Shown: positions 9,762-18,497 of the stretch, one piece after another | How positions within the stretch are numbered: position 1 is the first letter of the stretch | How the letters are laid out: every line of letters begins with the position of its first letter | Virus record (IMG/VR): IMGVR_UViG_3300011113_000640 | Coordinates: 62,001-126,000 of that record | Length of the DNA stretch: 64,000 nucleotides | Direction: 5' to 3' (one strand) | Made by a program: the position numbers and the translations under genes | The notes under the pieces: model-generated | What the model was told of the DNA's origin: nothing | The model's database searches: none | The model's input: only the letters and a program-made list of their open reading frames with translations

Positions 9762-11333
9762 ATGAGAAATCTAATAAACTTAATAGAAGCGGTGTTATTG
9801 ACCGAAAAAAGTCGCGGTTTATTGTATCGCGAAAAAGGTGATGGTTTTTTTCAAGGCAACAAGGACAACCCCACAGCCGAAATAGTGTTTGATCGGGTGG
9901 ATTATTTTCCCAGTCAGCCCGGTGCTTATGCCAACTATGAAGAAATGGCCGAAGCTGGACAAGAACTGTTTCGACAGTATCCCAATATCATCTGGAGCAA
10001 CAAACCTACCAACGCCAGCAAGGCCTTTGCTATTATAACTTTTGACGGCCCGGCCAAAGGACAAAAAACCTACTACGGTCGATTCTTTGGCGAAATCAAA
10101 CAAGACATGGCCGGACTTTGGAAGAACAATGAACTACCCGGCGGCTGGCAACTCAACAAACAAGTTAGCCTGAAAGGCAGTTACTACAAATTAAAACCTG
10201 TGGACCTGTTTCCTGTCAACAGTACATTTGCCACTCCGGCCGATGCAGTATCGGCCATGGGCTCCAGACCTGGAACCACCCCCGACGAATTGGCCAACAT
10301 TGACAAAATACGTCCTGGTATGGATCAGTTGCTGGGTGGAAAATTGCCTACATTTGAGAACGTAGGCGAAATGTCCACCGCAGTGCGTGATGATCTTGGC
10401 GAAACCATTGGTCCTATAGCTCTTGTTCAAGGTATGATCACCTCGGGTGGAGCAGAAGCTGCAAGAAAAGATATCTTAGGGCCACAAGGTTCATTCTCTG
10501 GCAGTGCCATAAACTTTCCAGCGGCTAAGAACAATGGCCTGGTAGACAGCTATTTGTTACATCCGTCGGGTGTGGAAATTGGTATCAGCTCTAAAGGTGA
10601 AAAAGGTGCTTCTGCATCAGTCAAAAACATTGCCGACGGTATTGTGGCGGCCAGAGACAAAGGCATGGACAAGTTGTTGAAACAATACGCACCACAAGTT
10701 GACGTAATTGAAAAAGTAGGAACCTTAGGATCTGTGGATTTTCCTTTAGTGTTTGGTATCGAGCAAGGCATCATTGATGACACCACCGCACAAACAATCA
10801 AACAGTTGATCAAGAGTGGTGCGACCTCTACAGACGATCCAGAAGTGTTGGCGTTGATGAAAGACATCAAGGCCAAAACTGACAATCCCAGATACAATGT
10901 CGGCTATCATGCTCTGGCTTCGTTGGCACGACGAGTAGCTGTCAACATCAACTCGGATCCCAAGTTTGGTGAAGCCTGCTTGAAATTTTTGAATACCAGC
11001 CCTATCATACAACTACATTTAAATGGTTCAGACAAGGCCGGCACTTACACTGTCACAGGGTTTACATCAAAGTATCCGCCTGACTTCAAAGGCACGGTGG
11101 GTTTGGATGCTGGCAAAGTTTATGCAGCCACGGGCACAATTGGTCGTGTGAGTTTTAGTTACAACGGTGGCGGAGACAAAGACACTGATGTTGAAGTAGA
11201 CGTTGCTCCAGCAAAAACCGCCGCAACCGATTTAGATGTAGTCACACAAAAACGCAGTGCTATCACAGCCGCTCCTGACGAGCCCAAGAAATACGGCACA
11301 GAAAAAACCCTGGGCCGTAAAAGACAACGATAA
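9762..11333 (+). CDS. Hypothetical protein, probably virion-internal; possible PD-(D/E)xK-like nuclease fold
   Basis: 523 aa; MRNLINLIE...LLTE N-terminus; LVDSY...GISSK motif. Confidence 0.55.
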   Translation: MRNLINLIEAVLLTEKSRGLLYREKGDGFFQGNKDNPTAEIVFDRVDYFPSQPGAYANYEEMAEAGQELFRQYPNIIWSNKPTNASKAFAIITFDGPAKGQKTYYGRFFGEIKQDMAGLWKNNELPGGWQLNKQVSLKGSYYKLKPVDLFPVNSTFATPADAVSAMGSRPGTTPDELANIDKIRPGMDQLLGGKLPTFENVGEMSTAVRDDLGETIGPIALVQGMITSGGAEAARKDILGPQGSFSGSAINFPAAKNNGLVDSYLLHPSGVEIGISSKGEKGASASVKNIADGIVAARDKGMDKLLKQYAPQVDVIEKVGTLGSVDFPLVFGIEQGIIDDTTAQTIKQLIKSGATSTDDPEVLALMKDIKAKTDNPRYNVGYHALASLARRVAVNINSDPKFGEACLKFLNTSPIIQLHLNGSDKAGTYTVTGFTSKYPPDFKGTVGLDAGKVYAATGTIGRVSFSYNGGGDKDTDVEVDVAPAKTAATDLDVVTQKRSAITAAPDEPKKYGTEKTLGRKRQR

Positions 11334-11912
11334 TTATTTTTTCAAGTCGCTGACATAGTCGCAGATTTTTAATTCCAAGGCTTCCTCTGCTGACAAGTAT
11401 ATGTCACTGGGTGGCAACAATTTTTCCAAGATGGTATCAGTGTCCAAGCCCGTGGCCGCCCGATAGTGTTCCAGCATGCGCCACTGTATGAGATTGTGCT
11501 CTTTGGCTATGGCAAATAGTTCATGATGCTTGCCTTCGTGGCTGTTGCTATACTGATGGCTTAGTATTGAAGTGTTGGGCGTTAGCACTCTACGTCCAGC
11601 GTGTCCGGCCAAGAATATCATGAGCCCGGCACTGGCTATCACTCCCAGGCCCACGGTCTTGATTGCGATGCTCGACGCTTTCATCACGTCGATCAAAGCA
11701 AAAGCATCTTCCACGCTGCCGCCTTCCGAACATACCATGAGTAAGAGCTCTTTTTTCTTTTTCTTTACCACATGATTTTCCACCAAGATCCATTCAATGA
11801 TGGGCTTGATGGTGTCATCGTTGACTTCGCCCATGAACACATACATGCCGGCTTCCTGCAACAGGCGGGATGGTTCTTTTTCTGAATTATCAGGTTCTTG
11901 TAGTATTGGCAT
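11334..11912 (-). CDS. clpP: ATP-dependent Clp protease proteolytic subunit (ClpP-like)
   Basis: SEGGSV, catalytic Ser in IASAG, His in SHQ, Asp in DIYLSAEEA. Confidence 0.85.
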   Translation of the reverse strand: MPILQEPDNSEKEPSRLLQEAGMYVFMGEVNDDTIKPIIEWILVENHVVKKKKKELLLMVCSEGGSVEDAFALIDVMKASSIAIKTVGLGVIASAGLMIFLAGHAGRRVLTPNTSILSHQYSNSHEGKHHELFAIAKEHNLIQWRMLEHYRAATGLDTDTILEKLLPPSDIYLSAEEALELKICDYVSDLKK

Positions 11913-11996
11913 TTTGGAGTTCTCTACGTATATTATAGCACAAGATTCTGGGCCACTCTAGTACTTATGATAATTCTGTTCAAACGATTTATTCAA

Positions 11997-12024
11997 AAGA
12001 AAACCCCCAATTTGGGGGTTTTTT
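11997..12024. terminator. Intrinsic terminator (bidirectional-type hairpin)
   Basis: AAAACCCCC-AATTT-GGGGGTTTT with flanking A/T tracts, after the 12043 gene. Confidence 0.75.
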
Positions 12025-12042
12025 GTATTACAAACTAGCAAA

Positions 12043-12309
12043 TTAGGCCGCTACTTTGGTGGCCTTTTCTACAGTTTTGGTGATTTCTTTTTGTGTTTCT
12101 TTGGCCACTGCTTCTACAGTTTCAGCAAACTCTTTCACAGCCTTGTTGGTTGTGCGGATCAAGCTGAACTGGGCATCTACCACAGTGTGAGCACTCTTAC
12201 GAACTTGCTCAGGCATGTAGGTAATCATTGTGGTGGCACCTTTGTGCATGTTGTCGATGGCAACAGTTACATCAAATAATTTTGCAAAGTCGATTTTGTT
12301 GAATTCCAT
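12043..12309 (-). CDS. Phasin-like small amphipathic helical protein
   Basis: 88 aa, A/K/E/T-rich helical pattern, AGGAG RBS, PhaR-like box upstream; family call is inference. Confidence 0.5.
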   Translation of the reverse strand: MEFNKIDFAKLFDVTVAIDNMHKGATTMITYMPEQVRKSAHTVVDAQFSLIRTTNKAVKEFAETVEAVAKETQKEITKTVEKATKVAA

Positions 12310-12360
12310 TTTGTTTTCTCCTATGTTGAAATGGGTTACTACTAAACTATTATATATGAA

Positions 12361-12377
12361 TATTTATTGCAGTGCAA
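12361..12377 (-). promoter_or_regulatory. TAAATA promoter abutting a PhaR-like TGC-N3-GCA box
   Basis: + strand TATTTA (12361-12366) followed immediately by TTGCAGTGCAA (12367-12377). Confidence 0.55.
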
Positions 12378-12467
12378 CAATTATTATATATCTATATTAC
12401 TCGTTTTTTAGATTTTGGCAAGATTGATTGCACAAACCCTATGGATAAATAATAAAAAGGATCAAAA

Positions 12468-13205
12468 ATGGCGTCTTACAACAACTACAGCGACAATTGG
12501 TATGTGACCGTAAATGGTGGAACTGGCACAGTTTATCTTGATGCCTCACTACAAGTAAATGGCAACATCACCTATGTCAGTCAGCTAGAGGTCAATGACG
12601 CTTTTATCATAGCAGCCGCCAACAACAGCAGCTCTGCCAATGTAACAGCCGTGGGCTTTTTGGCAGGCAAACCCACCACACCCATCAGCTATGCTGGAAT
12701 CCAATACAACGCCACAGCCGATGCCTGGCAAATATCCACCAATGTTTTTGCCAATGGCGTAGCCAACACAGCCTATGCCAATATCAGTACTTCAACATAC
12801 GGAAACACAAATGTTGTGGCCTTGTTATCGGCATTTGGTAGCAACACCATTTCAACTACCGGAACCATTAATTCCGGCAACATTGTAGCTCCCAATGTCA
12901 TTGTGGGCAACGTTACCACCAATCTAATAAGATCAGACGATTCTTCTTATCTAACTGTGCAAGATGGGTTGAATGTGGTTGGCGACGTTGAAGTATCGGG
13001 TAACATAACCGGTGGTAACACAATATCAGATTCAAGCATAACTCCTTCCAAAGCACTAGCCGACCTTACTGCTACAGATGGTGCACGGGCATTTGTAAAC
13101 GATGCTAACTTGGTGGCTGCAGGTAACTTTGGAAATCAGATCGGCAGTGGTGGATCAAATGTGGTGCCAGTCTGGTCGGATGGCTCCAACTGGTATATAG
13201 GCTAA
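12468..13205 (+). CDS. Structural protein sharing its C-terminal domain with the 2324 fibre
   Basis: Ends ...RAFVNDANLVAAGNFGNQIGSGGSNVVPVWSDGSNWYIG, nearly identical to the end of 2324..5587; TAAATA at 12446. Confidence 0.7.
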   Translation: MASYNNYSDNWYVTVNGGTGTVYLDASLQVNGNITYVSQLEVNDAFIIAAANNSSSANVTAVGFLAGKPTTPISYAGIQYNATADAWQISTNVFANGVANTAYANISTSTYGNTNVVALLSAFGSNTISTTGTINSGNIVAPNVIVGNVTTNLIRSDDSSYLTVQDGLNVVGDVEVSGNITGGNTISDSSITPSKALADLTATDGARAFVNDANLVAAGNFGNQIGSGGSNVVPVWSDGSNWYIG

Positions 13206-13918
13206 ACTGACTGTTCGCGTAGTGTGGCCAGTTTATAACGTTCCAGCAGTTTGATATAAGTCCAACCCAGGTCCCATTCCCATTTCTTCACGCTGAGTTT
13301 GGGACTAGCTGGATCTGCGTGATGATTGTTGTGCAATTCCTCGCCACCAATGAAAAATGCCCAAGGCACTATGTTGGTCGAATAGTCCTTGGTGGCTGTG
13401 TTTCTGTAGCCCCACCAGTGCCCCAGGCCGTTGATGACTCCGGCCGCAAACAAAGGTATCCAGATCATTTGCCAGCCCCAGGCCAACCATCCCCAGGCCC
13501 AGCCAAATATCATGCAATCAATAAAGAACATGATAACAATACCCAACCAGTTGAATCTTGTGTAGATGTTGCGTTCCATCCAGTCGTCAGGTGTGCCTAC
13601 TCCGTACTGTTCAACCATTTTTTTATCTTGTGCAGCCCAGGCATAGTAGAAAGCACCTCCCAGCAAGATCTGCCAGATTCCTTCATTTTGCGGGCTATGC
13701 GGATCACCTTCTTTGTCGGTAAATCTGTGATGTTTTCTATGAGTGGCCACCCACTGCCGAGTGACCATGCCTGTGGTCAGCCACAGCCAAAATCTCATGA
13801 AGTGTGCGACCCTGGGATCGAATGTGACTCCTCTATGTGCTTGACTGCGATGCAAATAAAGTGTGACACAGGCTATGGTGATGTGTGTCATCACCAGGAT
13901 GTAGATGAGTAGGCCCAT
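13202..13918 (-). CDS. Membrane fatty-acid (delta-9-type) desaturase
   Basis: His boxes HRSQAH, HRKHH, HNNHH; GDPHSP; GGEELHNNHH. Confidence 0.9.
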   Translation of the reverse strand: MGLLIYILVMTHITIACVTLYLHRSQAHRGVTFDPRVAHFMRFWLWLTTGMVTRQWVATHRKHHRFTDKEGDPHSPQNEGIWQILLGGAFYYAWAAQDKKMVEQYGVGTPDDWMERNIYTRFNWLGIVIMFFIDCMIFGWAWGWLAWGWQMIWIPLFAAGVINGLGHWWGYRNTATKDYSTNIVPWAFFIGGEELHNNHHADPASPKLSVKKWEWDLGWTYIKLLERYKLATLREQSV

Positions 13919-13925
13919 GTTTTAC

Positions 13926-14480
13926 TTAGCCAAAACTTTCCTGGAATGGCCGCCAGCTTTGTTGCAGAGCCATGTAAAACAAATTGCGTTGCCGTGTGAC
14001 CAGTTCTTGATTCAAGGTGATCCAGGTAGCAGGTGCCAGGGCAATCTTGGTTTCGCTGTCGCCACCTAGATCTCGTGGTTCCAGACCGTGTTTGTCACAC
14101 AGGTGCTTAATGGCTGCATTATGACCCAGGCAGTGCATGAACAGTTCGTTATAGCCACGATTTCTAGCCCAGACTATGCCTTGTGTGAGCAAGTCATCAC
14201 CGATGCCTAGGCCTCTATGATCGCGGTGCACTATGAGCCCAAATTCCACCTGCGCTTTGCTGATTTCGGCTATGTGCAAGGTGCCCAGCCAGCCCTCACA
14301 GTTGGCGGCTATCAGGAAAGCATGACCATTGGGCTCGGCTTCTATTCGTAGCATGAGGCTTTCTATGATGCCCACACCGGTGGTTCCAAAATACATGTGC
14401 TGGGTGTCGGCATCTTGCTCCTGCAACCATTCACCGTAGCGATGATATTTGTCAGGATCTAGAAATTGGGTGGTGTACAT
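13926..14480 (-). CDS. GNAT-family acetyltransferase
   Basis: VHRDHRGLGIG acetyl-CoA-binding motif A; WARNRG...HCLGHNAAI. Confidence 0.85.
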   Translation of the reverse strand: MYTTQFLDPDKYHRYGEWLQEQDADTQHMYFGTTGVGIIESLMLRIEAEPNGHAFLIAANCEGWLGTLHIAEISKAQVEFGLIVHRDHRGLGIGDDLLTQGIVWARNRGYNELFMHCLGHNAAIKHLCDKHGLEPRDLGGDSETKIALAPATWITLNQELVTRQRNLFYMALQQSWRPFQESFG

Positions 14481-14599
14481 TATTTTTTATACATGGCCTG
14501 TGCTCGTTGCACCTGTCCATTGCGTGCCAGATGTGCGGCATAACTGGCCTGTCCAAGATCGCACATGAATTGCCATACTGTTGATAAGATTGATTTCAT
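14480..14599 (-). CDS. Small protein (39 aa, MKSILSTVWQF...) heading the GNAT-desaturase operon
   Basis: Read manually; AAAGGA RBS; TAATG overlap with the GNAT start. Confidence 0.6.
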   Translation of the reverse strand: MKSILSTVWQFMCDLGQASYAAHLARNGQVQRAQAMYKK

Positions 14600-14671
14600 T
14601 ACATTTTCCTTTTGGGTTATTTTCGGACCCAGACTCTTGATCTGAGCTTCTCAGTGAAAACACTGACTTTG

Positions 14672-14696
14672 TATTTATATTGTGCAGTGCCACATA
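14672..14696 (-). promoter_or_regulatory. TAAATA promoter with adjacent PhaR-like box
   Basis: - strand reads TATGTGGCACTGCACAATA-TAAATA; same arrangement as at 12361. Confidence 0.5.
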
Positions 14697-14750
14697 ATAG
14701 CAAAACATAATGATCAAAAGGCAAATAAATATCCTACAAGGAGAACTACC

Positions 14751-14942
14751 ATGTTATCATTCTTAAAGAAAATTTTCGGAGCTAAACCTGCTGAGCCCAC
14801 TGCGGCGCCTTACAAGGTAGAAGAGCCCAGTCAGTTTCCGTTTCCTAAAACTGTCAAGGAAGAAAAGCCGTCTGTAAAGGCCAAAAAACCTGCAACCAAA
14901 AAACCCGCCGCTAAAAAAACTGCTAAAAAATCAGCTCAATAA
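14751..14942 (+). CDS. Small Lys/Ala/Pro-rich basic protein
   Basis: MLSFLKKIFG...KKPAAKKTAKK; AAGGAG RBS; TAAATA at 14726. Confidence 0.7.
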   Translation: MLSFLKKIFGAKPAEPTAAPYKVEEPSQFPFPKTVKEEKPSVKAKKPATKKPAAKKTAKKSAQ

Positions 14943-15221
14943 CAAGCGGGCAAGTCCCACAGTATCAATGGTGACCAACAAGACATAGTTGGCCAGCATG
15001 CCAAAACTCCTGCGTGTCCAGGCGGCCCAGGCCATCATGCCACATCCAGCAATAAACAAAGGATACAAGATCAAGAAAGGTGGATGAGGAATAGTAATGG
15101 CCATGACCACACTACAACCTACACTGATCAACCATGCCGCTACTTCGGCCATGAATCTCACAGGATAGCTGTGATAGTCTTCACAGATCCAACTCCAAAT
15201 GTCCGCAATGGTCTGGGTCAT
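14931..15221 (-). CDS. Small multi-pass membrane protein
   Basis: Three hydrophobic segments; start at MTQTIAD. Confidence 0.65.
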   Translation of the reverse strand: MTQTIADIWSWICEDYHSYPVRFMAEVAAWLISVGCSVVMAITIPHPPFLILYPLFIAGCGMMAWAAWTRRSFGMLANYVLLVTIDTVGLARLLLS

Positions 15222-15391
15222 ACAGGACCACGCAAGAAATACATGGCACAATAGATCACAAATCCCGAGAACAGAATCAAGGCCAATGTTGCAGCCAACT
15301 CCATGCTATCAACATCACCGTCGATCTTGATCATGTGTGTGACAACAAACACACCAAATATCACTACAAGCAAAAAGACGCCGAAGGCCAT
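15218..15391 (-). CDS. Small membrane protein (57 aa)
   Basis: Read manually (MAFGVFLLVV...); coupled to both neighbours. Confidence 0.55.
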   Translation of the reverse strand: MAFGVFLLVVIFGVFVVTHMIKIDGDVDSMELAATLALILFSGFVIYCAMYFLRGPV

Positions 15392-16422
15392 TATACCAAC
15401 CCCAATTCTACTGCACGATTGTAAACCTGCGCACTGGCCAGGTTCTTACCTTTGCTTTCGCACTGTATGTCAAACTGGTTCCAGAAACCCAACACCCAAT
15501 CTGTGACAGCCGGGTTCCAGTAAAAGTCAGAATGTGCTCGTAGTTTTTGTTTTTTGTAGCCGGCTTCTAACAGACTTGCATGATCTGGACGATGCTGAAC
15601 TGCATGGTCCACAAGTACATCTTCACGGCTAACGCTGTAGTGCATAGCAGGACGAACACCGCGCCAGCTGTCCACGACACGTTTGACACGGTCGTCCGTG
15701 GGTGAAATATATTCTCCCGTTTTGATCCAGTGATGGTGAACATCAAGCACAGTAGGAACAATATCACCAAGTTCAAGACAACGATCCAGGCCATGTGTTA
15801 TTTCTTCGTTTTCAAATGTAATACAACTGCGGGCTGTGGGTGATAATCGCGACCAGGCACGGCGTGCACCGGCGGCACCGGCTTTACCTGATATGTGTAC
15901 GTTGATTTTAAAATCCTGGAAGGATTTGCCATAACCCATCCATCTGGCCATATCCGCATGATATTCAAACTCCTCTATGCTTCTATTTACGATTTCTTCG
16001 CTTTCCGACCCCAGCACACAGAACTGTCCAGGATGAAACGACAAACGAACATCCAGTCTGCGTGCGGTTTCACCAATGGGCGCAAAAATCCGTTCACAGT
16101 GATCTTGTATTTCCCTACGTTGCCACCAGGCCTTCCAGTCTTTCTCTGTGTAGCCTTGTAGCATTTCACTGCCCAGACGCACCATTCTACGATTTGGGAG
16201 CAATGAGGCCACACGCTCGATCAGTTTCACAGCGGCCGAGGCGTTGTGGTTCATGATGTCCCACTGGCGTTGTTCGGCTTCGGCTGGATGCTCACGCAAC
16301 CAACGCATGGTGGTTGATCGGCCGTTGAGGTCGCGGTCTTTGGCATTGACTTTCATGCCGCCGCATTCGGACGGATCATTGAGCCATTTGCAACAGAAAC
16401 CAATGCGTTTGAGTGTAGTCAT
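15391..16422 (-). CDS. uvsE: UV-damage endonuclease UvsE/UvdE
   Basis: RIGFCC, RLSFHPGQF, FENEE, LDVHHH, RAHSDF and CESKGKN motifs. Confidence 0.9.
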   Translation of the reverse strand: MTTLKRIGFCCKWLNDPSECGGMKVNAKDRDLNGRSTTMRWLREHPAEAEQRQWDIMNHNASAAVKLIERVASLLPNRRMVRLGSEMLQGYTEKDWKAWWQRREIQDHCERIFAPIGETARRLDVRLSFHPGQFCVLGSESEEIVNRSIEEFEYHADMARWMGYGKSFQDFKINVHISGKAGAAGARRAWSRLSPTARSCITFENEEITHGLDRCLELGDIVPTVLDVHHHWIKTGEYISPTDDRVKRVVDSWRGVRPAMHYSVSREDVLVDHAVQHRPDHASLLEAGYKKQKLRAHSDFYWNPAVTDWVLGFWNQFDIQCESKGKNLASAQVYNRAVELGLV

Positions 16423-16428
16423 GCATAC

Positions 16429-16457
16429 ATTATAGCACAAACTGTGCCAAATGTCAA
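16429..16457 (-). promoter_or_regulatory. Consensus sigma70 promoter for uvsE (probably leaderless mRNA)
   Basis: TTGACA-17 bp-TATAAT, 6 nt before the ATG at 16422. Confidence 0.8.
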
Positions 16458-16459
16458 GG

Positions 16460-17026
16460 TCAAATAGTGCCTAAAATAGAATCCAGGGTGTCAGTGACCA
16501 CATTTGGTAAGTTTGCTATGTTTTGGTCCAAAGCCGTGGCGTGATCCACTATAACCCATTGTGTTTGGTCATAGGTTAGAAAAGCCTGACGCACCATGTT
16601 GCGATGATGTCGTTCTCGATTGGCGGTCAATAGATCTGAGTCGGGTTTCAACTCCGCAAGATTCCAACCCAGCATCAACACTATGTCACTGGTGGTTGCA
16701 GCCAAGTGCATGGCCACCAATTCTTCTTGATGTATGACATCGTGAACAAACTCTCCGGCGTAAATTTTGACTCCTGTGGGTCTGTCCAGGTTGGCATACG
16801 CTGTGTCAGGCACATAAAAATTACAACTGCGTTGAAAATCTCGCTTGATAAATTCAGAGGCCTTGACCTGATCATGACAAATCACGTTGTCGGTTTGGCA
16901 GGCTCGCCAGGTACGCCATGATCCCCAAAATGCACCAATGGTCTTCAACACTGCAATGTCTTGGGTAGGATCCAGTTGCACACTGTCACTGAGCACCCAA
17001 CTGATCTTTTCTCTGGCTCTATGCAT
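16460..17026 (-). CDS. Hypothetical protein, weak Maf/MptE-like glycosyltransferase resemblance
   Basis: DNVICHD and AMHLA...DIVLMLGWNL pattern. Confidence 0.5.
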   Translation of the reverse strand: MHRAREKISWVLSDSVQLDPTQDIAVLKTIGAFWGSWRTWRACQTDNVICHDQVKASEFIKRDFQRSCNFYVPDTAYANLDRPTGVKIYAGEFVHDVIHQEELVAMHLAATTSDIVLMLGWNLAELKPDSDLLTANRERHHRNMVRQAFLTYDQTQWVIVDHATALDQNIANLPNVVTDTLDSILGTI

Positions 17027-17942
17027 GAGATCGTTGTGTGTCCAAGGTCACACAGTGGAATCCGCCGCCCAGGGTTCGGCTGTGTCTAAGACGCAAAGGA
17101 ATGGTATCAAAACCATGTGATTGTAACACTGGTATTAACGCAGTTTGATCAGCATCAACTATGACAGTTTCTGGATCCAGGACCAGCATGTTCATGGCTA
17201 TCCATTTACTAGCATAAGGATACTGATAAAAATTTTGTGGTACTATCATGTCATCAGTTACCCAGATCTTTTCCCAGTAGTCAAAAGCTCGAGGACAGTT
17301 GTCGGGAGTGACGCGACCAGCGTTTAACATGACCAGACCTTCACGCAAGGGCACTATGGTTGAATCTATATGCACTCCAGCATAAAAATTACACAATTCT
17401 ATGTTTACCGCAGGAAATCGATCACACAACCATTCATAGGCCGCACGATTTCCTGAAGCTGATTCCAGGAACAACCAGGTATCGCCTAACCTGCACACAT
17501 TAGCAGCGTCCATGACCATGCCTGAATCTCTGGGCATGGTCAAGACGTTTCTTGCTTGGGCTACAAGCCTTGTATAGTTTTTTATCTCTTGATTGCGACA
17601 TGGATACATCATGTTGACATCAACCATGGTGTCTTCGTACACCAAGAGTCGATCTCTAGGACAATAGTTGTACATGCCCTGGGTGGCTACAAAATCCATG
17701 TCTTGGGGGCGGTACACCGTGGCACCGTACCGCAACAAGGTCTCACACAATAGATCGAGATCTTCATTGGCTTCGTCGACAATCCATTGCGGCACTGGGC
17801 CCGCGGGCACCGGTGTTTCTGTCCAGGTAGTTTTTTCAGATTCCAGGGCAAACACAGGATCCGATGTAGGCCAATTGGCATGAGTGGCTGTGCCTACCAC
17901 TATGGCCTTGAGAGGATCCCACTCGTTGATTGAATTAATCAT
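17019..17942 (-). CDS. Amidinotransferase (glycine / inosamine-phosphate amidinotransferase family)
   Basis: NEWDPLKAIVVG, CPRD, DAAN, HIDS and GGGFHCVTLD catalytic Cys motif. Confidence 0.9.
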   Translation of the reverse strand: MINSINEWDPLKAIVVGTATHANWPTSDPVFALESEKTTWTETPVPAGPVPQWIVDEANEDLDLLCETLLRYGATVYRPQDMDFVATQGMYNYCPRDRLLVYEDTMVDVNMMYPCRNQEIKNYTRLVAQARNVLTMPRDSGMVMDAANVCRLGDTWLFLESASGNRAAYEWLCDRFPAVNIELCNFYAGVHIDSTIVPLREGLVMLNAGRVTPDNCPRAFDYWEKIWVTDDMIVPQNFYQYPYASKWIAMNMLVLDPETVIVDADQTALIPVLQSHGFDTIPLRLRHSRTLGGGFHCVTLDTQRSHA

Positions 17943-18456
17943 CTACATGTCCGGTGATTTGCAAGGTGTATCGAGGAGTCAGTCCCAGATTGGCAGCCAT
18001 GTGTGGAGTATCATAGGTCCATTCAATCACAGCACCTGCACGCCAATTTACAAAGGCCTGGTCCATGTACTCAGCGTAGTGTCCAGGTTGCCAGTCTTCT
18101 AAAAAGATAATTGCGCGACGTATGGTGTGTTCCCGGCCTTGTAGTTTGAAAACATCTATGTATTTCAAGTAAAGATCGCCGTGTGTGGGCAACACTGTGC
18201 CTGTGTCCATTCTGTAATAACTGGTGCCCACATCACGCCATCCCTGGCCTTGGAATATTTCCACAATCCTTTGATTCCAACTAGGTTGTTGACTTCTCAT
18301 GTCGCACATGTTACCAGTGAACTTGTTGGGATATCCTTGTGAGGTCCAAACTTCTAATAGTTGTGTGTCATTGAAAGATTCATTGATGTAGTCAAGTGTT
18401 TTGTAGTCTTCATTCCAAAAAGGATAAAGTTGATATTTGTGAATGCTGTGAGTCAT
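17935..18456 (-). CDS. 2OG-Fe(II) oxygenase / cupin (aspartyl beta-hydroxylase-like)
   Basis: LPTHGD (HxD), PHMAAN, RYTLQITG. Confidence 0.75.
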   Translation of the reverse strand: MTHSIHKYQLYPFWNEDYKTLDYINESFNDTQLLEVWTSQGYPNKFTGNMCDMRSQQPSWNQRIVEIFQGQGWRDVGTSYYRMDTGTVLPTHGDLYLKYIDVFKLQGREHTIRRAIIFLEDWQPGHYAEYMDQAFVNWRAGAVIEWTYDTPHMAANLGLTPRYTLQITGHVDD

Positions 18457-18497
18457 AATTCTAAGTCCTGATCAAATTAACTGCGTAAATAGTCCAC

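Noticed and set aside
13319-13912. 197-aa + strand ORF and similar long antisense ORFs (e.g. 22483, 24426, 26593, 30892, 39461, 48633)
   Set aside because: They are antisense shadows of well-supported - strand genes and have no recognisable motifs.
14487-14717. 76-aa - strand ORF in the supplied track
   Set aside because: It spans promoter and leader sequence; the 39-aa ORF 14480..14599 in another frame has an RBS and is coupled to the GNAT gene.
17019-17942. Amidinotransferase as part of a 7-deazaguanine (archaeosine) DNA modification pathway
   Set aside because: It belongs to the glycine/inosamine amidinotransferase family, not ArcS/QueF-L/Gat-QueC, and no folE, queD, queE or dpdA is recognisable here.
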